A stretch of 32,000 nucleotides of DNA. Source: Cenarchaeum symbiosum A. GTDB lineage: Archaea; Thermoproteota; Nitrososphaeria; Nitrososphaerales; Nitrosopumilaceae. The stretch spans positions 894,593 through 926,592 of the forward strand of contig DP000238.1 in assembly GCA_000200715.1 (NCBI GenBank), read 5' to 3'. Below the pieces are notes generated by a model. That model was not told the DNA's origin and did not search any database. It was given only the letters and a program-made list of their open reading frames with translations. Below, piece after piece: positions 27,301-32,000 of this stretch (the first letter of the stretch is position 1; each line of letters starts with the position of its first letter). The translations under genes and the position numbers were made by a program.

Positions 27301-30300
27301 ATAGACTTTGCAGAGAGGGGATCGAGGGCCGTGGCCATGACCTGCACGGGCACAATGCATGAGCTCGACGTGCCCGTGCCGTACAATGCAGCCCTGCCCC
27401 CGCTGTCAGGCACCAAGGATCTGAACTTCTTTGCGGGATCCGAATCCCAGGGGCTCGCATTTAGCGATGACGGTACCATGATGTATATAATAACGTCAAA
27501 CGCCCCGGACGGCAACGATGGAATCCGCCAGTACCGGCTGGGGACTCCGTTTGAGCCCGGTACGTTAAATGCGGCAGGGATATTCGACGCGCTGATACAA
27601 GATACGCGCCCCCGCGGGATGGCGTTCTCGGCCGACGGCTCCATCATGCTCATGCTGGGCGAGCAGAGGGACAGGGTGTACCGGTACGACCTGGGCACGC
27701 CGTTTGACGTCACCACGGCAGTTTATGCAAACTCCAACTACAGCATACGCAGCACGGAGAACCAGCCCGTGGCCATGGATGTCGCGCTCGGCGGCACCCA
27801 GCTGTACGTGCTGGGCGGCGGCTCGAGCCCCAGCCTGCACCTGTTTGAGATGTCCGAGCCGTACGACCCGACTACAATGAGTCCGGCGGGCAGCACAGCA
27901 TACGACTACGACCAGAGGGTGCCCCTCAGGGGGGGCGACGGGGGAAGGCCAACTGGCGTCTTTGTGGCAGAGGACGGAGAAGACATCTTTGTATCGGGGG
28001 ACGAGCTCGATGCTGTAATCCACTTTATGGTGCCCGTGCCGTCGGATGTCACCACGATGGTGCCCGCAGGCGGGGTCTACGCGGGCACGGGCATAGTGTA
28101 CGTGGACGAGGATGACGCGCGCACAGCGGGCGTCTCGCTGTCGGAAGACGGCACAAGGCTGTTCGTCTTTGATAGATCCGACGGAATCAAGCAGTACCTG
28201 CTGAATACGCACCCGCTGCAAGTGTGCGAAGAGGGCATGATTCCGGAAGACGGCATCTGTGTGCCCGAGGCGGAGCCTGAGCTGCTCTCGGCCGTTCTCG
28301 ACATGGAGGGGAGGCTCGAGGTATTGTTTGATACGGAGATTGACGTCCCGGCAGGCATAGAGGGGGCGTATGTGAGCGGCGCAGGCATGTTCCAGCCGGG
28401 CGCCGACCTGTCGGGGGCGAGGGCCGAGGGCGGGGGCCCGCGCGTGCTGCGGCTGATTCTGGACCAAGACGAGCTGGATGCAGTGTATGCACTCGGGGAT
28501 TCGCCCCTACTCCACATTGGCGGGGCGGTAAACAGCACGGGTGGAGCGGCATTTCCCGATGTGTACTCGGCAGCCGCGCATGCGTTGCTCGGCTCTGCAC
28601 AGGCAATCCCGCCTGCCAGTCCCCCCGGAAACGACGCGCCAGGCGGGGCGGCAGTCTCACACGATGGCAGGTGGCTGTTTGTTTCCAGCAGGGGCGGCCC
28701 GGCCATAGACAGGTATGAGATGTCGGTGCCCTTTGACGTTGGCACCGCATCCCACGCAGATACGCTGGATATTGTCGGGTCCGACAGGAATCCCGAGGGC
28801 GTGGCAGTAGGGATGGACGGCTCGCGCCTGCTCGTTGTCGGCCACCAGAGGGACGCCATACGCATGTTCAGCATGACAGATTACGACCTGGGCACGGCGG
28901 CCCTCATCCAGTCGCTCAGTGTAAAAGAACAGGTGGATAACCCCTCGGGGATCTCCGTCTCGCCCGACGGCAGGGCGTTCTTTATAGTGGGATCCAACGG
29001 GGACACAGTCCACAGGTATGGAGCCATCGAGCCCTGGGACTTTGAGACTGCGGCACACGCAGAATCAATGAATACAAGCGACAGGACGAGCCTCCTGACG
29101 GGCGTATACGTTTCGCCCGACGGGCACAGCATGCTGCTATCTGACAGGGGCCACGACACGGTCCACGCATACCACCTGCCCGTCCCGTTCAGTTTGGCAG
29201 GCGCCGCATATACGGGGCAGATAGACCTCCAGGGGATAGGCAACAACATCCACGATGTGACGTTTGGCGCAGGCGGCCTGTACATGTACGTTGTAGACAG
29301 GCAGAGCGGCGCCGTATACCAGTACTCTGCAGGGGCTGCAGAACTTGTATTATGTGAAGAAGGCGAGAGTGCGGCGGCAGGCTCTTGCGCGCCTGCACGC
29401 CCTCCTACCACGCCCGCAATACTGAATGCGGTAATGGACGGGGACGGCGGGGCCCTCGAGGTCACATTCAACGGGACGGTGGATATAGAATCCGTCAGGG
29501 ATTCGGCGGTGCGCGTATCTGACGGCGGCTCGCCGGGGGGCCTTGGCGGCGGGCTGATGACGGTAGTCGATTCCAGCACCATCCGGTTCCAGATGGGCGG
29601 AAACGATGCGCGCGCCATATCACAGTATGTGGAACCGCGCCTGCTGCTAGAAGGAGCAGCCATGAACGTATCCGGAGTTATTGTGCCCGGGCCCTTTGAG
29701 CTGCCGCTGCCGCGCCGCGACTCCGGCACAACCATCGATGGGGCGGCAGGTGTGGCCCTCTCGTCTGACGGCCGCACGATGCTGGCCGCGGATACCCAGG
29801 GCGGCAGGATACTAGAATATACACTGCAGGATCCGCATAACGTGAGCACGGCAGTGCCGGAGGATATACTCGACGTCTCGGGCAGGGCCGCGCCCTCGGG
29901 GCTCGAGCTCTCTGCAGACGGGACTGTCCTGTTTGTATCGAATAGCGGCTCGGGGACCATAGACAGATACCTGCTGGATAATCCGTACAATGTGACATCC
30001 GCGGCATACGCGGACAGCGCAGAGTCCGGCAGTGGCGAGCCCGGCGGGATGATATTCTCTGCCGACGGGACCAGCATGTACCTGCTCGATGCAGATGATG
30101 GCGGCGTGCGCGAATATTCCATATCGCCCCCGTACGGCTTTGACTCTGTAAGCAGTGTAATGCTCCACGAAATAGAGGGCGCGGCCAACCTTACAGGCAT
30201 GACGTTCTCGCCAGACGGAACGGCCATCTTTATCTCGGGAGACGCAGGAATATTCCGGTACGAGCTGCCCGCAGAGTACTCGCCTGCCGGGGCGGTTCTG

Positions 30301-32000
30301 TCCGGCAGGTTTACGCCGGCGGCCCCCGCGGGTGCTCCCGCCGATATAGAGATCTCAGCCGACGGGCTGCACCTTGTTGTGGCAGGCGCAGACGGCTCCA
30401 TACACGGGTACGCGCTCGACAGACAGTCCGAGCTGGGGGCACGCGGCGTGCCCCGCGCGCTGAATCTCGGAGGGGGGTCGGTCCCCGCGGGCGTGGCGTT
30501 CTCTGGGAATGGCTCCATAGCATACGTGGCAGATTCCGGCAGCGGCGAGGTTCGCGCGTACGGCCTTGCCTCCCCGTACGACATACAGGGGGCCGCATCG
30601 ATCTTCAGCCTGAGCGTTCCTGCAGTGCCGGCAGGTGTCGCGCTATCGCCTGACGGCCAGAGGATGCTAGTGCCCGAGCCCGGCGGCATTCTTCAGTATG
30701 TGCTGGGCACGCCCTACGACCTGTCGTCTGCCGTGCTCGGGGTCAGTTTTGTCCCGGACGAGGAGCCGGATCCCCGCGGGGTCGCGTTTACACCCGACGG
30801 CCTGCGGATGTTTGTATCAGGGCCGGAATTCATCCACAGATACGGGCTTGCAGAGCCGTACAATGTAGACGACCCCGCATACGCGGGATCCGACGCGTCC
30901 CCCATTCCGTCAACCGAGGGGGTGGCGTTCTCTGATCACGGCTATAGGATGTTTGTCGCCGGCGGGGGCGCTGTCAGCGCCTACTCCCTGGATGATCCGT
31001 TTGCCCCGTCCACTGCCATCCACGACGGGTCGTTTGACCTCGGGGACGGGGCGGACCCGCGGGGCGTGGCATTCTCTGCGGACGGCAGCAGGATGTTCGT
31101 TCCCGGCGGCGGAAATGAATTCGTGCTACAATATGCAGTGGGAACGCACCGCATAGACGTGTGCCCCGACGGGATGTCGGTCTTTGAGGGCGGCTGCACG
31201 ATGACGGGGCCCGCGGGCGGGCCGCGCCTCGTATCTGCAGCCATGGACCCCCGCACCGGGGAGCTCGAGATGTTCTTTGATAGGGCAATGGACCCGGGCC
31301 TATCCACGGGGATTGTGCAGATACGGGACGGTGTATCGCCTGCCGGCGGAACCACTCTTGCGGGCAGCTTCTCGGCAGGGCCGCGGCCCGAGGTATTACG
31401 CATCACGCTTGAGAACGATTCCAGGGCAGAGGCTGCAGAATTTGCAGACCCCCGGCTGTACTTTGGAAATGATGCACTGCAGGGCTTGGACGGGGGGTTC
31501 TTCCCTGCCGCCTTTGACGCGCCGCGCACGGAATTCACGGGAGTGCTCGACGTCTCCACATGGGATACAACGGTACGCGGCGTCACATTTTCGCACGACG
31601 GGCTCCAGGTGTTCACGGTAAGCCACGGCGACACCATAGTCCGCTTTGTGCTCTCCGAGCCCTACGACATAAACACCGCGTCGCATGCGAGGACGTACGG
31701 CGGCAACATACAAGACGAGGCGGGCAGCGGCATAAGGTTCTCGTCTGACGGGATGATCATGTTCACATCCGACTGGGGCAAGGACGCCATCCACAGGTAC
31801 GACCTTGTCTCGCCATACGAGCTCGACGGAAGGGTGCGCGGCGGCTCGTTCAATGTGAGGTCCCAGACCGGGACGCCCTTTGGCCTTGACTTTTCCGCAG
31901 ACGGCAGCATCATGTTTGTGATCTCATCCAATCCGGGCACGCTCTTCCGGTACGACCTTGGAATTCCATACGACGTGAGGTCCGCCGTGCTCGATAGCAG
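18307..32000 (+). CDS. Giant secreted modular beta-propeller surface protein, 5' portion (>=4,564 codons, no stop within the window)
   Basis: This gene is not in the supplied track. Frame +1 was read codon by codon from 18301 to 31998. Stops occur at 18262 and 18292, the first ATG is at 18307 (a second is at 18331), and there is no stop afterwards. It has a signal peptide (MGRMWALFMLPVIASMIASVIAPAYA). It then has 8 complete modules, each an Ig-like domain ending in P-R-[LV]-H-[FL] followed by 10 or 5 blades of ~45 aa ([FVL]S.DG...[MLI][FYLV]V.G......I..Y.L..P[FY]D). The blade motif matches the giant CDS at 2..6259. Confidence 0.9.
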   Translation, partial: MNAVSTVVMGRMWALFMLPVIASMIASVIAPAYADAGIIGAAYEQSTGILEVYFDGMVNASSIDPSGIIIWDSAGTSRTGLSESQHRGPPEGQSVRLQLSLAERAEISGYAYPRVHLTAAAYSGGTPPPPYELPRTEFTGTLDVSTWDTTVRGVTFSDDGLQVFTVSHGDTIVRFVLSEPYDINTASHARTYGGNIQDEAGSGIRFSPDGMIMFSSDWGKDAIHRYDLVSPYELDGRVRGGSFNVRSQTGTPFGLDFSADGSIMFVISSNPGTLFRYDLGIPYDVRTAVLDSRLDISGELTAGHGVDFAPDGMRFIAAGFEFEDDEAPSTDINQYDMSEPYNITGAVHSGEYLLPAAHGGFTNDVALSKDGTVLLLADPQFDAIQQFELDGPFDILPSAFSGAADVSAQDAAPAAVLVSPDGAVMLVAGNNTGAIHLYELAVPFDVSTASHTSSIDVGDRVEHPSALAVSNSGRRVLVAGPGSDDIHWYDNTSPAGRYELAAAGYTGGAALPAYPEIAEIAGLTFDDSGNSMFILAGGDANARDGVYKYNLTARFDPSTASYVGGFNLTSLREPMEREPTGIAFTSGGSEMLILGSGSGAIQRLALDPPFSLSSPRYIGYYDVGRDDSSAQGLAMAPDGEAAYVAGASTGRIIQYSPASADLQICGTGEDAAGGICVPALRAPGITSALLDWDRGAAEVAFDAKLGEISPGSVRIADGASLGGGTDITDGATTDGSTARFVLDETGRAEISGYAQPRLHFTEGAINQTDGPAFPPQLGPPIISYRGLLNISGIQEAPSAAAISIDGRSMLVSGGTPGLVSRFELSVPFDVSTAEFVPGGFAVPGGGGPPAGLALSGDGLRMLVMRPGGMVSQFDLDSSYDPAGASSAGGYDTGISGATGMALSPGGRAMYVLGTDGVSRFDLASPFDVIGAAERPGRLQVADLAEPAGLAVSSDGSAILVGELRGPGIHRFALEEPFELAGAAQEGALSLGIQGSASSFAMAPGGMQMIVTGAGGAVHMYDMPEPFGTGQPAHTGTLLISGQDNVPVGAAVSGDGSMLFVAGDQRDFIYRYDLAEPFDVESGSLHSSFAVGDQERRPTDVSFSADGTSMYVTGSGMVHQYVLTTGFDVSSASYLRSLDVSAQDGEPTGVHIAAGGSRLYITGDASDSVYGYGLTDAFDISTAVHTGSFNIGAYDDSPHAVRVSSDGTRMIVAGGQTGAIHVYTMPVPFEIYAAHHEGFFNVLPQEGIPAGVAVSSDGLHMYVTGPLSDSIHQYHLGSYDIQACPEPLGATGGTCLPGFAGVMAVSAAADTERGIIEAIFDGAIDASAADPSRIYLRDGELPSGGIPLAGSSVETYADSVVLRLQSDGISGASEYTDPRLHFGAGAVRGVDGSTYPPAYEPSRMGYAGSYDSSQTEAAPAAVAASPDGSRIFILGTDEDAILQLDLAEPYNVTGGSVTTSHYVGVEETAPSGLSFGEDGMSAFVTGRSSDAVHKYELLEPYDVQEVRNTVSSFSVAEQEGTVQGVYVTPDGTHVFIVGTDSGAVHRYTLGAPFDPDAAVHSGSFNVSGQAGNPTDLFFAPDGHRMYVLNKGDVSGEVHRYLLARPFDITEPVYTGNFTVDEDAAPRGAALSSGGLHFYMVGTGSDMLHQYSLGTLQVDVCPAGQTPGDGCTAASSAAGPRITSALLEDGGTLEIILDRAAVINASGMRITDGAAFSGGISLAGSNVSTDGSTSRFELPPGAAEVFGYAEPRLHLEDGAVAGGTYPPRAPPGTAYSGMLGVTLQGPSAAALSIDGTRMVLLDGPVDVLHMYGLGVPHDVSTAYPMDSTLDVTVPTLGDADSISIDAQGVHFAAGGLLMYVSGSGGIFQYRLDAPHDVAGAAYTGRFDAGEVPDGRHAVLSPDGSRMYVIGQGGIFQYSLGSPFDVSTAIYDISYDTGFAPAGADFSEDGTRMAASDGTGIQWYDLAVPFDISTASPGGGFDTTGGIGGIEISSDGRRVLAVLPGSAEVIQYDLPSPYRPGGSALAGSLAVSGVDDRPKGVTLSPDGTVMYMTGTEESDVYQYGLSRPFDVDSAVLQATLNLLPVDGYTAPDDVAISPDGSTMYIAEDGGRVQQYSLPTPFEITGAMREHIMDASSIDNSIQGVAVSPDGTRLFISGNETDSIHEYSLTTPFMLSSSIYDGSLGLAGHTTDPSSVAFSADGTVMVVAGHDGGLIHWYALAAPFEISSSIYSGALVTITEDAAPQGVALSSDGLWTYVTGDSGSISQYSLASRPVVECPAGAAASGGQCLPGFSIPSLVSAAMQTTGNRLEMLFDEEIDASTADAAQINIRDGAGAAGGINLDGSRVRDSAPDVLKLSLTRGVTDTVSGYADPRLHFGARTVHGADGSVFPPNFDPGGLMFMGSLDVSAQERQPNGARAAADGSKIYVVGGISDSVHQYDLAAPGNLTGGSHSGSLNIGGSSTNPTDVELSPDGEMAFVLTRAGNVNRYDLGSPFDIGTAVSHSSLVVGDRVPAPLGMSFGVGGMRMFISGNSPDMIHRYDLPAPYEVSAAVYIDSLHVGDDIAEPVSIAFSEDGSRLLVTDRIPSSIHTYQLGSPFDLTPAALTGSFDADGQDGFLRSASFSDGGLWMYLAWADDGTIHQYRAEPPAVEICQGTMLATGGACMERYVPGPSIQSTAFGGSSLEIAFDSPINHSSVDTSRIRVADGTEGTSLAGAEVSEGPSPGVVVLDLGPRERDAISGYRNPVIHFGIGAIHDMDGRPYPRPFSTDQPVPLSSAEASLRRVQDIHMTPDGLSVFVSGTESGAQFGEGHVVRRYDLSEPYDMSTAVENRTGQFEFVEDELQVNSLAFSENGLRMYVSGSPDELDPDRGGLYQYDLNGPYLAHTALLAGSTLPTAGGETRYLSGIHFREDGSSLYGTSGSEVLQFSLDTPHDVTTMGPARAVLMIGGDHGLDDVSISEDGTIMHLTDLNTIKTYELRSPFNIGSASAIGSAVHPSTGTCYDSIDFAERGSRAVAMTCTGTMHELDVPVPYNAALPPLSGTKDLNFFAGSESQGLAFSDDGTMMYIITSNAPDGNDGIRQYRLGTPFEPGTLNAAGIFDALIQDTRPRGMAFSADGSIMLMLGEQRDRVYRYDLGTPFDVTTAVYANSNYSIRSTENQPVAMDVALGGTQLYVLGGGSSPSLHLFEMSEPYDPTTMSPAGSTAYDYDQRVPLRGGDGGRPTGVFVAEDGEDIFVSGDELDAVIHFMVPVPSDVTTMVPAGGVYAGTGIVYVDEDDARTAGVSLSEDGTRLFVFDRSDGIKQYLLNTHPLQVCEEGMIPEDGICVPEAEPELLSAVLDMEGRLEVLFDTEIDVPAGIEGAYVSGAGMFQPGADLSGARAEGGGPRVLRLILDQDELDAVYALGDSPLLHIGGAVNSTGGAAFPDVYSAAAHALLGSAQAIPPASPPGNDAPGGAAVSHDGRWLFVSSRGGPAIDRYEMSVPFDVGTASHADTLDIVGSDRNPEGVAVGMDGSRLLVVGHQRDAIRMFSMTDYDLGTAALIQSLSVKEQVDNPSGISVSPDGRAFFIVGSNGDTVHRYGAIEPWDFETAAHAESMNTSDRTSLLTGVYVSPDGHSMLLSDRGHDTVHAYHLPVPFSLAGAAYTGQIDLQGIGNNIHDVTFGAGGLYMYVVDRQSGAVYQYSAGAAELVLCEEGESAAAGSCAPARPPTTPAILNAVMDGDGGALEVTFNGTVDIESVRDSAVRVSDGGSPGGLGGGLMTVVDSSTIRFQMGGNDARAISQYVEPRLLLEGAAMNVSGVIVPGPFELPLPRRDSGTTIDGAAGVALSSDGRTMLAADTQGGRILEYTLQDPHNVSTAVPEDILDVSGRAAPSGLELSADGTVLFVSNSGSGTIDRYLLDNPYNVTSAAYADSAESGSGEPGGMIFSADGTSMYLLDADDGGVREYSISPPYGFDSVSSVMLHEIEGAANLTGMTFSPDGTAIFISGDAGIFRYELPAEYSPAGAVLSGRFTPAAPAGAPADIEISADGLHLVVAGADGSIHGYALDRQSELGARGVPRALNLGGGSVPAGVAFSGNGSIAYVADSGSGEVRAYGLASPYDIQGAASIFSLSVPAVPAGVALSPDGQRMLVPEPGGILQYVLGTPYDLSSAVLGVSFVPDEEPDPRGVAFTPDGLRMFVSGPEFIHRYGLAEPYNVDDPAYAGSDASPIPSTEGVAFSDHGYRMFVAGGGAVSAYSLDDPFAPSTAIHDGSFDLGDGADPRGVAFSADGSRMFVPGGGNEFVLQYAVGTHRIDVCPDGMSVFEGGCTMTGPAGGPRLVSAAMDPRTGELEMFFDRAMDPGLSTGIVQIRDGVSPAGGTTLAGSFSAGPRPEVLRITLENDSRAEAAEFADPRLYFGNDALQGLDGGFFPAAFDAPRTEFTGVLDVSTWDTTVRGVTFSHDGLQVFTVSHGDTIVRFVLSEPYDINTASHARTYGGNIQDEAGSGIRFSSDGMIMFTSDWGKDAIHRYDLVSPYELDGRVRGGSFNVRSQTGTPFGLDFSADGSIMFVISSNPGTLFRYDLGIPYDVRSAVLDS
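18705..19184 (+). repeat. Copy 1 of a 480-bp intragenic direct repeat (partner at 31521-32000)
   Basis: Manual alignment at an offset of exactly 12,816 nt (4,272 codons) gives about 19 mismatches in 480 nt, with perfect runs of more than 100 nt. Confidence 0.9.
31521..32000 (+). repeat. Copy 2 of the 480-bp intragenic direct repeat (partner at 18705-19184); runs off the window edge
   Basis: Same alignment as for copy 1. Similarity starts exactly at the codons for PRTEFTG.LDVSTWD, which is the junction between the Ig-like domain and the first blade. Confidence 0.9.

Noticed and set aside
18231-31940. All long minus-strand ORFs in the track across this span (for example 18846..19928, 20292..21323, 24343..25650, 24477..25538, 25572..26531, 28881..30689 at 602 aa, 30981..31637), plus the short frame +2/+3 ORFs.
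   Set aside because: They lie antisense or out of frame to a continuous 4,564-codon frame +1 ORF that has a signal peptide and a strongly conserved 45-aa repeat. Their own translations are S/P/A/R-rich low complexity with no motifs. They merely mirror the sense-strand periodicity: 18231..18821 and 30981..31637 share MVSPWLTVNTWSPS only because they are antisense to the 480-bp repeat.

Overview
High-GC, archaeal-looking window. A/T-rich TATA-like boxes sit about 25 nt upstream of several start codons, ATA/ACA/GTA codons are frequent, and the core genes are purC, ArsR, PPOX and DUF427. Composition and gene content resemble a marine thaumarchaeon such as Cenarchaeum; that is an inference I cannot verify. 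About 62% of the window belongs to two giant + strand genes for secreted repeat proteins. The first is the 3' 6.3 kb of a gene that is open at the left edge and stops at 6259. The second is the 5' 13.7 kb of a gene that starts at 18307 (or 18331) and is still open at nt 32000. The second gene is absent from the supplied ORF track because it has no in-window stop. I read frame +1 codon by codon from 18307 to 31998 and found no stop. The long minus-strand ORFs listed between 18.2 and 32 kb are therefore antisense shadows. Both giants are built from a ~45-aa PD40/YVTN-like propeller blade in runs of exactly 10 or 5. In the second giant each run is preceded by a Cys-x10-Cys loop and an Ig-like domain ending in a PRLHF-type motif. 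That gene also carries a 480-bp, ~96% identical in-frame copy of itself 12,816 bp downstream. Between the giants lie, in order: a secreted alpha/beta-hydrolase; an AbiE-like pair (wHTH protein plus nucleotidyltransferase); a membrane DUF4352-like gene bracketed by 25-bp inverted repeats; an ArsR-PPOX operon with palindromic upstream boxes; purC; a restriction-modification island with three DNA methyltransferases and one small candidate endonuclease (part of it strikingly AT-rich); a possibly frameshifted Cys-rich gene; DUF427; and a small secreted protein. I found no rRNA, canonical tRNA, CRISPR array, transposase or integrase.
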